Virus record (IMG/VR): IMGVR_UViG_3300030102_000228
Location: 1 to 61,783 of that record
Length of the DNA stretch: 61,783 nucleotides
DNA from: a virus
Taxonomy: Duplodnaviria; Caudoviricetes
Reading direction: 5' to 3' (one strand)
In this document: one piece after another, positions 37,816 through 47,420 of the stretch
Position numbering within the stretch: the first letter of the stretch is position 1
Layout: every line of letters starts with the position of its first letter
Position numbers and translations under genes: made by a program
Notes under the pieces: generated by a model
The model's database searches: none
The model's input: only the letters and a program-made list of their open reading frames with translations
What the model was told of the DNA's origin: nothing

Positions 37816-37972
37816 CGAATGTAACAAGGATGCCATTGTGGAGAGCGGTGGCATCCTTATTTGTGCAGAATGTTACATGAGAAAAGTGAAAGAGGAACAA
37901 CGTGGATTTAATCACTCTAGATTTCGAGACATACTACAGCCAAGATTTCAGTCTGAGCAAAGCAACGACTGA
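37802..37972 (+). CDS. Small zinc-ribbon protein
   Basis: CDEC...CAEC; overlaps the polymerase start. Confidence 0.45.
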   Translation: MKKCDECNKDAIVESGGILICAECYMRKVKEEQRGFNHSRFRDILQPRFQSEQSND

Positions 37973-39728
37973 AGAATATGTGCGTGACCCTAAATTTCAA
38001 GTCATTGGCGTAGGTATAAAAGTAAATGACAATCCGTGCGAGTGGGCAAGTGGTACACACGAACAAGTTAAGGAATACTTATCAACCTTTGCCTGGGATC
38101 AATCAATGTTGTTGTGTCATAACACTATGTTTGATGGGGCAATCTTAAATTGGATTTTTGATATTAGACCAAAAGCGTATGCAGACACTATGTGTATTGC
38201 CAGAGCGATACATGGTGTGGAGACAAGCGCAAGTCTGAGAGCCATAAGTGAAAAGTATGGCGTGGGCGAAAAAGGTTTTGAAGTTATAAATGCGAAGGGC
38301 AAAAGACGAGAGGACTTCACACCAGAAGAACTTTCTCGTTACGGAGACTACTGCGTAAATGACGTAGACCTTACTTGTAAGCTGTTCAAGATGATGGCAA
38401 AAGGTTTCCCAAAAACAGAACTAAAACTTATTGACCTGACCCTGCGTATGTTCATAGAGCCTACGCTGGAACTAGACCTTGGATTGCTAGAGCAACACCT
38501 AATCGAAACTAGAGACCGTAAAGACGAACTGTTAGAAGAAGTAGGGGTATCGAAAGAAGAACTGATGAGCAACCAAAAATTTGCTGAGTTGCTACAGAAC
38601 TTAGGAGTAGAGCCGCCTACAAAAATAAGTCTAACCACAGGCAAAGAGACATTTGCATTTGCCAAAACAGACGAAGCGTTCAAGGCACTAGCGGAACATG
38701 AGAATGACAAGGTACAATCGCTTGTATCAGCTAGGCTTGGAACTAAGAGTACGTTAGAGGAAACACGCACACAGAGGTTTATAGATATAGCCAAGCGTGG
38801 GAAGCTACCCGTACCTATTCGTTACTATGCCGCACACACTGGCAGATGGGGTGGCGATGACAAAATTAATCTGCAAAACCTACCAAGCCGTGGAGTAAAC
38901 GGCAAAAAACTAAAGCGTGGCATCATAGCCCCCGAAGGCTACACTCTTATCGATGCTGACTCTGCACAAATCGAAGCGAGAGTATTGGCATGGTTGGCTG
39001 AACAGGACGACCTGACACAAGCGTTTGCCAAAGGAGAAGATGTTTATGTGAAGATGGCTTCTCGTATCTACGGCGTGCCAGAAGAAGATGTTACAAAAGA
39101 CCAGAGATTTGTAGGAAAGACTACAATTCTTGGTGCTGGTTATGGCATGGGCGCAGTCAGATTTACAGAACAGCTAAAGAACTTTGGGTTTGACATGGAA
39201 CTGCATGAGGCCCGCAGAGTTATAAATATATACCGTGACGCCAACTGGAAGATAAAACATTTGTGGCGAGACGCACAGAATATGTTGATAAACCTGACCC
39301 GTGGTGACACGTACGAATTTGGTAGGGCAGGTGTCATAGGTATCAGCAGCTTACACAAGGCTTTGATATTACCGTCTAACTTGTTATTACACTACACCGA
39401 CCTTAGAGCTACCCCCACCGACAAGGGTGTAGATATGGATTACCAGACAAGGAAGGGTAGGACTAGGATTTACGGTGGTAAAGTTATAGAGAACGTGTGC
39501 CAAGCAATAGCACGTTGTATTATTGGCGAACAGATGTTAAAAATAGCTAGTAAATACAAAGTTGTAATGACGGTGCATGACAGCATAGTGTGTTGCGTAC
39601 CTGATGATGAAGTCTTTGAAGCCCAGCAGTACGTGGAAACTTGTATGCGTTGGTGTCCAGATTGGGCAGAAGGACTACCAATTAACTGCGAAAGCGGTGC
39701 AGGCAAGTCTTACGGAGATTGTGAGTGA
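37902..39728 (+). CDS. polA: DNA polymerase, family A, with 3'-5' exonuclease
   Basis: Exo I DFETY; HNTMFD; motif A DSAQIEAR; motif B RFVGKTTILGAGYG; motif C VHDS. Confidence 0.95.
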   Translation: MDLITLDFETYYSQDFSLSKATTEEYVRDPKFQVIGVGIKVNDNPCEWASGTHEQVKEYLSTFAWDQSMLLCHNTMFDGAILNWIFDIRPKAYADTMCIARAIHGVETSASLRAISEKYGVGEKGFEVINAKGKRREDFTPEELSRYGDYCVNDVDLTCKLFKMMAKGFPKTELKLIDLTLRMFIEPTLELDLGLLEQHLIETRDRKDELLEEVGVSKEELMSNQKFAELLQNLGVEPPTKISLTTGKETFAFAKTDEAFKALAEHENDKVQSLVSARLGTKSTLEETRTQRFIDIAKRGKLPVPIRYYAAHTGRWGGDDKINLQNLPSRGVNGKKLKRGIIAPEGYTLIDADSAQIEARVLAWLAEQDDLTQAFAKGEDVYVKMASRIYGVPEEDVTKDQRFVGKTTILGAGYGMGAVRFTEQLKNFGFDMELHEARRVINIYRDANWKIKHLWRDAQNMLINLTRGDTYEFGRAGVIGISSLHKALILPSNLLLHYTDLRATPTDKGVDMDYQTRKGRTRIYGGKVIENVCQAIARCIIGEQMLKIASKYKVVMTVHDSIVCCVPDDEVFEAQQYVETCMRWCPDWAEGLPINCESGAGKSYGDCE

Positions 39729-40387
39729 GTGAAAAGTGGTCTTTCAGCAGGCTTAAATCTTTTGAGCAATGTCCGAAACAGTTTTATCATGTCAAGGTTG
39801 CTAAAGAATATGAAGAACCTGAGACTGAAGCTATGCTTTATGGTTCTGAGTTTCACAAGGCTTGCGAAGATTACGTCAGGGATAGAGTATCTATCCCAAA
39901 GAAATTTGCTTACATAATAAATACCTTAGACGCTTTGATTGCCAAACAAGGTGAGAAGCTGTGTGAATATAGGATGGGAGTAACGAAAGATTTAGAGCCT
40001 TGTTCTTTCTTTGCCGAAAATGTCTGGTGGCGTGGCATAGCAGATTTGGTTATACTTAACGGAGAAGAAGCTACCGTCATAGATTATAAAACGGGAAAGT
40101 CTACTAGGTACGCAGACAAAGGACAGCTAGAACTTATGGCTCTGGCTACATTCAAACACTTCCCTGTAGTTAAGAAAGTAAAAGCAGGGCTTTTGTTTGT
40201 TGTCTGTAACGAGTTAATACGTGATAGCTACACTGCGGATCAGCAGCCAGACCTTTGGAAGAAGTGGATTAATAAATATGGTGTGCTGGAAGCGGCTTTT
40301 AAAAATAACGTATGGAACCCAAATCCTAGTGGGCTATGCCGCAGACACTGTGTAGTATTAGAATGTCCACATAATGGGAGAAGCTGA
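39725..40387 (+). CDS. PD-(D/E)XK (Cas4-like) exonuclease
   Basis: SFSRLKSFEQCP...GIADL...IDYKTG...QLELM...C-terminal Cys cluster. Confidence 0.85.
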   Translation: MSEKWSFSRLKSFEQCPKQFYHVKVAKEYEEPETEAMLYGSEFHKACEDYVRDRVSIPKKFAYIINTLDALIAKQGEKLCEYRMGVTKDLEPCSFFAENVWWRGIADLVILNGEEATVIDYKTGKSTRYADKGQLELMALATFKHFPVVKKVKAGLLFVVCNELIRDSYTADQQPDLWKKWINKYGVLEAAFKNNVWNPNPSGLCRRHCVVLECPHNGRS

Positions 40388-40644
40388 TGCCCTATACAAA
40401 ATCAAAACGCCCGTACAAGAAAGAGTACCAACAGCAGAAGGCTAGGGGCGAACATGAAAACAGAATGGAACGTCAGCGAGCAAGACGTAAGCTGGACAAG
40501 AAGGGTGTCAAGCGTAAAGGCAAAGACGTAGCCCACAACAAAGCGTTGAGTAAAGGTGGTTCTAACAAAGATGGGGTAAGACTGCAAAGCCGAAAGAGGA
40601 ACAGGGCGGCTGGCGGTAGAATGAGTAGCCCGAAGAAAGCTTAG
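40387..40644 (+). CDS. Small basic HNH-like protein
   Basis: GKDVAHNKALSKGGSN...NR. Confidence 0.6.
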   Translation: MPYTKSKRPYKKEYQQQKARGEHENRMERQRARRKLDKKGVKRKGKDVAHNKALSKGGSNKDGVRLQSRKRNRAAGGRMSSPKKA

Positions 40645-40657
40645 GGAATTCCCTAAC
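40640..40657. repeat. 18-bp palindrome copy 10 (17/18)
   Basis: CTTAGGGAATTCCCTAAC; supplies the TAG stop. Confidence 0.9.
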
Positions 40658-40671
40658 ACTTGGAGATAAGA

Positions 40672-42207
40672 ATGGAATTGTATCAAGATAAAGCTGTTGT
40701 GTTACGACTTCGGCATCCAGAGAAAGTTACGACACTACTGCCAGAAAGCACACCTCTACTCGATGGACGGTTGGCTGTAAAGTGGGGTGTTGAAGAAACG
40801 CAGACCCTAAATTATTTAGGTATAAACGTACCTTCACCTATTATAAAAAAGTATGCGTGGACTGGTAAGCATAAACCATTTGTGCATCAGCGAGATACGT
40901 CAGCTTTTCTTACACTCAACAAACGAGCCTTTTGTTTCAACGAACAGGGTACTGGCAAGACAGCCAGTGCTATCTGGGCGGCTGACTTTTTAATGAAGCA
41001 GGGAGCCGTACGCAGAGTTTTAGTTGTATGCCCTCTGTCTATAATGCACTCCGCATGGAAAGATGATTTGTTTACTTTTGCCATGCACAGAAAGGTTGAC
41101 ATAGCCCACGGTGCGCCAGCAAAGCGTAAGAAGATTATAGAGTCTGATGCTGAGTTTGTTATCATAAATTATGATGGTGTAGAGATAGTCGAAGATGCCG
41201 TAGCTTCTGGTAACTTTGATTTGATAATCGTTGACGAGGCTACACACTATAAGAATGCACAAACAAAAAGGTGGAAGACCTTAAACAGATTGGTCACACC
41301 TGATACTTGGCTGTGGATGTTGACAGGCACACCTGCCGCACAATCACCTTTGGATGCTTATGGCATAGCAAAACTTGCTAATCCTAATTCTGTGCCACGG
41401 TTCTTTGGTTCTTTCAGAGACATGGTGATGTGGAAGATATCGCAATTTAAATGGATACCGAAAGAGAACGCCACAGACATTGTGTTTCATGCGTTACAAC
41501 CAGCCATACGATTTACAAAAGACCAGTGCCTAGATTTACCACCTATGACTTATGTGAAGCGGCAAGTCGAACTGACACGACAGCAAAAGAAGTATTACGA
41601 AACACTCAGAAAGAAGTTGATAGTACAGGCCGCTGGCGAAGAGATAACAGCCGCTAATGCAGCAGTGCAGATGGGTAAACTCCTACAAATATCTTCTGGT
41701 GCGGTATATACGGACGGCGGAGAAGCATTGGAGTTTGACATCAAAAACCGTTACCAAGTGTTACGAGAAGTGATTGACGAAAGCAGTAAGAAAGTTCTGG
41801 TGTTTGTGCCTTTCAAACACACTATCGATGTGCTGACTGAAAAACTACGTAAGGACGGCATAACCACTGAGGTCATCCGAGGTGATGTATCCGCCAACAA
41901 ACGCACAGAAATATTCGACCACTTTCAAAACAAAGAAGACCCGAAAGTTTTGGTTATTCAACCACAGTCTGCGGCTCATGGTGTTACGTTAACAGCTGCC
42001 AACACTGTTGTATGGTGGGGGCCGACAAGTTCTTTAGAGACGTATGCACAAGCGAATGCCAGGGTGCATCGATCTGGGCAGACACATAAATGTACTGTGG
42101 TGCAGTTACAAGGTTCTGCCATCGAGAAACGTGTTTACGCATTATTAGATAATAGAATAGACGTACACACAAAAATGATTGATCTTTACAAAGAAATACT
42201 TGACTAG
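40672..42207 (+). CDS. SNF2-like superfamily 2 helicase
   Basis: EQGTGKT; IVDEAT; LTGTP; HGVTLT; QANARVHRSGQ. Confidence 0.9.
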   Translation: MELYQDKAVVLRLRHPEKVTTLLPESTPLLDGRLAVKWGVEETQTLNYLGINVPSPIIKKYAWTGKHKPFVHQRDTSAFLTLNKRAFCFNEQGTGKTASAIWAADFLMKQGAVRRVLVVCPLSIMHSAWKDDLFTFAMHRKVDIAHGAPAKRKKIIESDAEFVIINYDGVEIVEDAVASGNFDLIIVDEATHYKNAQTKRWKTLNRLVTPDTWLWMLTGTPAAQSPLDAYGIAKLANPNSVPRFFGSFRDMVMWKISQFKWIPKENATDIVFHALQPAIRFTKDQCLDLPPMTYVKRQVELTRQQKKYYETLRKKLIVQAAGEEITAANAAVQMGKLLQISSGAVYTDGGEALEFDIKNRYQVLREVIDESSKKVLVFVPFKHTIDVLTEKLRKDGITTEVIRGDVSANKRTEIFDHFQNKEDPKVLVIQPQSAAHGVTLTAANTVVWWGPTSSLETYAQANARVHRSGQTHKCTVVQLQGSAIEKRVYALLDNRIDVHTKMIDLYKEILD

Positions 42208-42228
42208 CTAGCCAAACGTCACTATCTA
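42200..42228 (+). promoter_or_regulatory. Possible sigma70-like promoter
   Basis: TTGACT, 17 bp spacer, TATCTA. Confidence 0.4.
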
Positions 42229-42258
42229 TTAAGTATTAATGACAATTTGGAGAGCGTC

Positions 42259-42666
42259 ATGAGTAAAGAGCAAGGTGGTATTCCTATCGATAAACTAACA
42301 AAAACATTCATTAAGATTAGAACTAAACGTGCTGAGTTGGTTGCTAATTTTAAGGAAGAAGAAGAAATTCTTGTCCAGCAAATGGATAAGATTAAGAAGG
42401 CTCTTTTAGCCTATTGCAAAGAGCATGGGGTAGAGAGCGTTAAGACTTCTGAAGGTGTGTTTTATAGAACGACTAAAGCTAGATACTGGACTAATGACTG
42501 GGAGCAGATGCACAAGTTTATCCTTGAGCATCAAGTGCCTGAGTTATTAGATAAGCGTCTAAATCAGTCCAACATGAAACAATTTTTGGAAGAAAACCCA
42601 GAAGTAGTACCCAAGGGTCTAAACGTGGACTCTGAGTACGTAGTATCAGTGAGGAAGAAATCATGA
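42259..42666 (+). CDS. Hypothetical replication-module protein
   Basis: Coiled coil then SVKTSEG...DWEQMHKFI. Confidence 0.75.
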   Translation: MSKEQGGIPIDKLTKTFIKIRTKRAELVANFKEEEEILVQQMDKIKKALLAYCKEHGVESVKTSEGVFYRTTKARYWTNDWEQMHKFILEHQVPELLDKRLNQSNMKQFLEENPEVVPKGLNVDSEYVVSVRKKS

Positions 42667-42938
42667 ACGCAGGTCCGTATGTGCCGATTGAAGAACTGGC
42701 AAAACATTTTTCTGTGTCCATATCCACTATTAGAATGTGGGTAAGGAACGGACACATACCAAAAGATACCTATGTAAACATAGGAAACACTTATCGATTT
42801 AATATTGATAATGTGGCTTCTGCTCTAACGAAATCAAATGCAAAAGAAGATAGCAATGATGACGTTGGTGAAAACGTAGTAGATTTTAAACCTGCTATGG
42901 CAGGGTTTCAACAATCTGAAATAGATGACGATATGTAG
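42663..42938 (+). CDS. Excisionase-like winged HTH DNA-binding protein
   Basis: IEELAKHFSVSISTIRMWVRNGHIP...IGNTYRF. Confidence 0.8.
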   Translation: MNAGPYVPIEELAKHFSVSISTIRMWVRNGHIPKDTYVNIGNTYRFNIDNVASALTKSNAKEDSNDDVGENVVDFKPAMAGFQQSEIDDDM

Positions 42939-42947
42939 GTAAACAAA

Positions 42948-43610
42948 TTGTTTAGTCGCATTAGTTTAAATGGTAACAAGTTCACCCAGTATGAGGATGG
43001 GAAAAGGACGCCCGTGGCAGACGATAGCATAAATGTAGTTATCGTTAGTTCGGCTCCTGTGTCTCGCACTTACTACAAAGGTGAATATGACCCTGATAGA
43101 ACAAGCCCACCTACTTGTTGGTCTGCAACTAATGCCAGCCCCTCTCCTGATGTGCCACCAGAGCAACGACAGTCTATTCGTTGTTTGGACTGTGTGCATA
43201 ATCACAAAGGTTCTGGTAGCGGTGGTGGTCGAGCGTGTAGGTTTGTTATGCGACTAGCTATAGCTTTAGAAGATGATTTGGATAAGATACATCAACTACA
43301 GTTACCAGCTACTTCAGTGTTTGGTGATGCAAAGAACGGTAATATGCCCATGCAAGCGTACTCTCGTCATCTACGCACTCACAAGACACCAGCCATATCT
43401 GTGGTAACAAATGTATATTTTGATGCTGATAGTTATGCACCAAAATTATTCTTCAAACCAATTCGTCCTCTAGAAGAAAATGAGTTGGGTCTCGCTCATG
43501 AGTTGGCTAGCCAACAACAAACTACTGAGGCCATATCAATGTCAATGCCTGTAAAAAGGCCAAACTTTGCGGAAGTAAATGGGTTTGTTTACACCGCAAA
43601 TGCAAACTAG
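42948..43610 (+). CDS. Hypothetical Cys-containing replication protein
   Basis: PTCWS...CLDC...GSG..GRACRF. Confidence 0.7.
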   Translation: MFSRISLNGNKFTQYEDGKRTPVADDSINVVIVSSAPVSRTYYKGEYDPDRTSPPTCWSATNASPSPDVPPEQRQSIRCLDCVHNHKGSGSGGGRACRFVMRLAIALEDDLDKIHQLQLPATSVFGDAKNGNMPMQAYSRHLRTHKTPAISVVTNVYFDADSYAPKLFFKPIRPLEENELGLAHELASQQQTTEAISMSMPVKRPNFAEVNGFVYTANAN

Positions 43611-43621
43611 GAGAGACTTAA

Positions 43622-44278
43622 ATGTCTGAAACATATTTTATAAGTAATGTATCTGCTTTGTACCCTAAGATAGATAAAACATATAAGTTTGACCGTAAGA
43701 CAAATCGGTCAGTGGGGTGCAAGCCAACGGATGATGGTTCTGAATATTCTGTCAGCTTCAAGATGGATAAGGCAACGGCTAAGTCTTTGTGGGCGTATAT
43801 GAAAGAAGCATACGCTGAAGAAAGAAAAGAAGATTGGCCCGAAGATATAACTCGCCCATTCAAAGAAGAAGATGGTTTGTTTATACACAAAGCCACTTTG
43901 AAGGGGGCTTATAACGGAGAGGCAACAAGGAAGCCCACACAGGTTGATGCCAAAACAAATCAGCTTCCTGATGATTTTCAGTTAACTACAGATAGCATCA
44001 TTAATGTAGCTGTAGCTGGCAAGCCATATAGCGGTGACATGGGAGCAGGTGTTTCATTACGCTTGCAGGGTGTGCAGGTTGTAAAACTTGAGCCAATGAA
44101 AGCTAGATCACCGTTTAGTGCAGTAGACGGATTTGACTCCAAAGAGGGTAACGTGTTTGCACAAAGCCAACCTGATTCCACTGAGGTGGAAGAACCAAAG
44201 AAGGTCGTCAAAAAGTCCTCGCCAAAACCTGATGATAATGACGACTTGAGTAGTATTGTTGACGATTGGGATGACTAA
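43622..44278 (+). CDS. Single-stranded DNA-binding protein (T7 gp2.5-like)
   Basis: GVSLRLQGVQVVKL; acidic C-terminus ending DDWDD. Confidence 0.7.
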   Translation: MSETYFISNVSALYPKIDKTYKFDRKTNRSVGCKPTDDGSEYSVSFKMDKATAKSLWAYMKEAYAEERKEDWPEDITRPFKEEDGLFIHKATLKGAYNGEATRKPTQVDAKTNQLPDDFQLTTDSIINVAVAGKPYSGDMGAGVSLRLQGVQVVKLEPMKARSPFSAVDGFDSKEGNVFAQSQPDSTEVEEPKKVVKKSSPKPDDNDDLSSIVDDWDD

Positions 44279-44297
44279 TCTATAAAGTACTACTCTG

Positions 44298-44335
44298 CCA
44301 CGGCATGGTTTTTTATCATTTTCTCCATGCCGTGG
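44298..44335 (+). ncRNA. Hairpin with anti-SD/anti-AUG loop
   Basis: 11-bp stem CCACGGCATGG/CCATGCCGTGG; loop TTTTTTATCATTTTCT(CC). Confidence 0.45.
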
Positions 44336-44355
44336 TATCTTTTGGCGAGGATATT

Positions 44356-47163
44356 ATGGACACAAACGAATTTTTTCACAGAGTACTTGCCCCTGATGGG
44401 TATTACTGTCTGTTCGCTATCGACACAAACAACGATAAGCGTGTGCAGAAGTTTTATCCAACTAAGGCAGACATATTAGATGCGGCACATAACTTAGACC
44501 AAAACGGATATGACGCATACTTTGCACTCGCTACCTTTGAAGAGGACAACTCTCGTAAGGTAGACAACGTAAAACAACTTAAGTCTTTCTTTCTTGATTT
44601 GGACTGCGGTCCTAGCAAAGATTTTGCGACACAGCATGAAGCTGTTATGGCGTTACGTAGCTTCTGTTCACAGAATAATTTACCTAAACCTACTTTGGTT
44701 AACTCTGGGCGTGGGGTACACGTATACTGGTTCTTAAAGGACGCAGTGAGCCTCTCTGAGTGGCTACCTGTTGCTGAGAGGCTAAAGAAGTTATGCGCAG
44801 AGTGTAACTTGTTAGCTGACCCTGCTGTGACCTCTGACGGGGCTAGAGTTTTAAGAGTACCCTTTACTCATAATCATAAGGCTGACCCACCTGCTTTGGT
44901 ACAGTTTTTCGGTAGAGAGCCGTCAAAACCTGTAGATGTAGATTATTTTTCTGGGTTGCTTGGTTTGGATACGATACCAGTTCCGAATGCCATCGGACAT
45001 TCTAGTAGCAGTGCGCTCATGGATGCGCTCAATAGCAACAAGAAATGTGTGTTTAAAGATATTTTGGTAAAGACACAAGCTGGCAAAGGTTGCGCGCAGT
45101 TAAAATACCTAGTCACAAATCAGGAAGAAACTAGCGAACCATTATGGAGAGCGGGGCTTTCAATAGCCAAGTTCTGTGAAGACGGCGACAAGGCTGCTCA
45201 TGCAATATCTAAACATCATTCTGAGTATTCTCCTCATGCTACCATAAAAAAGCTAGACCTTATAAAAGGTCCGTATACCTGTGTTAAGTTTGATGAGTTT
45301 AATCCTGACGTATGTCAAGACTGTCCAAACTGGGGTAAAATTAAATCACCGATCACGCTTGGGCAGAAAATAAGAGAGTCCGAACCAAACGCTGTAGTGT
45401 TTGAAGATGTATCTGAGGAACCAAAACAGTATGACATACCCGCATTTCCTCGACCATATTTTCGTGGTGCAAAGGGCGGAGTGTATATGCGCACAGTAAA
45501 CGCTGACGGGGACGCGGATGAGAAGATGGTGTATCATAACGACTTATATGTTATGCGCAGACTCCGAGATCCTGAGCTGGGAGAAGCTGTAGTAATGCGG
45601 TTGCACCTACCACAAGATGGTATGCGAGAGTTTACTATACCTCTTACATCTGTAACTTCTAAGGAAGAGTTTCGCAAAGCTATGGCTATGGAAGGCGTAG
45701 CACTAACTAGGATGGATGAACTTATGACGTATGTCACCTCATGGGTAAACGAACTACAAACCACAACTAAGGCCGAAAAAGCACACAGGCAGTTTGGTTG
45801 GGCAGACGAAGATTGCTCATCGTTTGTATTAGGAGACAAAATAATATTTGCTGATAAGGTAGAACAGAACCCACCTACATCTCATACAGCAGGCTTGATA
45901 CCGTCTTTTAGCCCGAAAGGTGACATGGACACTTGGAAAGAGATGTTAAATTTCTATAACAAAGATGGGTTTGAGCTTCATCAGTTTGTCGTTGGGGCCG
46001 CATTTGGCTCTGTTTTAATGGAGCTGTCACCAATACACTGTGCTGGCATACATCTGTACGGCAAGTCAGGGGTAGGTAAAACTACAGCCATGCAAGCTGG
46101 GCTTAGTCTATGGGGTAATCCAGAGACGTTACTGACCGACAGAAACGATACGCACAATACTCGTATGCACAGAGGTGAGGTATATCATAGTCTGCCTTTG
46201 TATATGGACGAACTTACTAACGCAAAGCCGTGGGAGTTATCTGATTTAGTTTACCAGCTAACAGGTGGCAAACAACGTGGGCGTATGACAAGCGGTAGTA
46301 ACACAGAACGCTATCGTGGAGAGCCATGGAAGTTGCTAGCCGTGACTTCAGCTAATGCTAGTATGTGGGAAAAGATAAGCATGGCTAAATCTATGCCGAC
46401 AGCAGAGGCACAGAGAGTCCTCGAGTGCAACGTGCAGAAGGTAGCATTGCCGCCCAAAGAAGACACAGACATACATATAGACAGAGTGAAGTCTAACTAC
46501 GGGCTCGGCGGACTAACGTACATACAACACATAATAAAAAATTTAGACGAAGTACGTCAGCTGATAAGCCAGGTACAGTCACGTATTGATGATAAAGCTG
46601 GGCTTGAAGCAGAAAATAGGTTCTGGTCTGTGGCTGGCACTATGCCAATCGTAGGAATACTTATAGCAAAACAGCTGGGCTTCGTTGACTACGATGTAAA
46701 GAAGTTGTTTGCGTGGGTAGTTGCGCTGCTTGAGCAGAACAAGCGTGGCGTAAATGATATGGACGCATCTGTTGAGCAGACTTTGAATGACTACATACAT
46801 GAGCATTGGGGTAATGTCCTGTGGATTAAAAGCACTGACGATTTACGTGGTAAGAGTGTAGATAACGGTGGGCTAGATACGTTGATCACGCCAGAGATAC
46901 TTCCAAGGGGCAAGCTGGTAGCACGATACGAAACAGATGTGAAGCGGGCATACCTTCTGCCAAAACCATTGAAAGCGTGGTGCGTAGACCAACAGATACA
47001 CTACGGTATGTTTTTGGCTGACTTAAAAAACAAATTAGGTGCAGAACGTAAGAAAGTTCGGTTGAGTAAAGGTACGAATATGAGCCTTCCACCTACAGAG
47101 TGCTATGTCGTTCATTGTGATATTGAGGGTGTAGATGAGACAGGGAGTGCTGAAGAAGCATGA
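44356..47163 (+). CDS. Primase-helicase (AEP/RepB-like primase + Cys-rich CTD + DUF927 helicase)
   Basis: FLDLD; SGRGVHVYW; RVLRVP; Walker A GKSGVGKTT; MDE. Confidence 0.85.
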   Translation: MDTNEFFHRVLAPDGYYCLFAIDTNNDKRVQKFYPTKADILDAAHNLDQNGYDAYFALATFEEDNSRKVDNVKQLKSFFLDLDCGPSKDFATQHEAVMALRSFCSQNNLPKPTLVNSGRGVHVYWFLKDAVSLSEWLPVAERLKKLCAECNLLADPAVTSDGARVLRVPFTHNHKADPPALVQFFGREPSKPVDVDYFSGLLGLDTIPVPNAIGHSSSSALMDALNSNKKCVFKDILVKTQAGKGCAQLKYLVTNQEETSEPLWRAGLSIAKFCEDGDKAAHAISKHHSEYSPHATIKKLDLIKGPYTCVKFDEFNPDVCQDCPNWGKIKSPITLGQKIRESEPNAVVFEDVSEEPKQYDIPAFPRPYFRGAKGGVYMRTVNADGDADEKMVYHNDLYVMRRLRDPELGEAVVMRLHLPQDGMREFTIPLTSVTSKEEFRKAMAMEGVALTRMDELMTYVTSWVNELQTTTKAEKAHRQFGWADEDCSSFVLGDKIIFADKVEQNPPTSHTAGLIPSFSPKGDMDTWKEMLNFYNKDGFELHQFVVGAAFGSVLMELSPIHCAGIHLYGKSGVGKTTAMQAGLSLWGNPETLLTDRNDTHNTRMHRGEVYHSLPLYMDELTNAKPWELSDLVYQLTGGKQRGRMTSGSNTERYRGEPWKLLAVTSANASMWEKISMAKSMPTAEAQRVLECNVQKVALPPKEDTDIHIDRVKSNYGLGGLTYIQHIIKNLDEVRQLISQVQSRIDDKAGLEAENRFWSVAGTMPIVGILIAKQLGFVDYDVKKLFAWVVALLEQNKRGVNDMDASVEQTLNDYIHEHWGNVLWIKSTDDLRGKSVDNGGLDTLITPEILPRGKLVARYETDVKRAYLLPKPLKAWCVDQQIHYGMFLADLKNKLGAERKKVRLSKGTNMSLPPTECYVVHCDIEGVDETGSAEEA

Positions 47164-47362
47164 TCTAAACCCTGACGGGGTAAGGATTGTGATAAATTGG
47201 GATAATATGACTGTAGGCTCATCTGTATTCGTACCGTGTGTTGATACCGAAAAGGCTACAAAACAAGTTGATAAGGTCGTTGCCGAAATGGGTTGGGATG
47301 TAAAATATAGAGTCCGAATAGAAGATAATAAATTAGGACTTCGTATATGGAGGTTTTTGTGA
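47135..47362 (+). CDS. Small hypothetical protein
   Basis: WDNMTVGSSVFVP...GLRIWR. Confidence 0.7.
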   Translation: MRQGVLKKHDLNPDGVRIVINWDNMTVGSSVFVPCVDTEKATKQVDKVVAEMGWDVKYRVRIEDNKLGLRIWRFL

Positions 47363-47380
47363 TAACTTTACGTTGACAGC

Positions 47381-47420
47381 ACCTATCCTCCTCTTTTAGG
47401 TCATGTCGTTCTCCAAGTGG
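47381..47420 (+). ncRNA. Candidate anti-SD small RNA at 3' end of the replication operon
   Basis: Loop TCCTCCTCTTT and segment TCATGTCGTTCTCCAAGTG complementary to several phage RBS-ATG regions. Confidence 0.55.

Noticed and set aside
27843-40657. Palindromes as integron attC sites
   Set aside because: GTTAGGG/CCCTAAC resemble attC core sites but are in the opposite order, far too short, and no integron integrase is present
42663-42938. Excisionase as evidence of a prophage
   Set aside because: No integrase, att-flanked host genes or repressor cassette; the HTH is more likely a regulator
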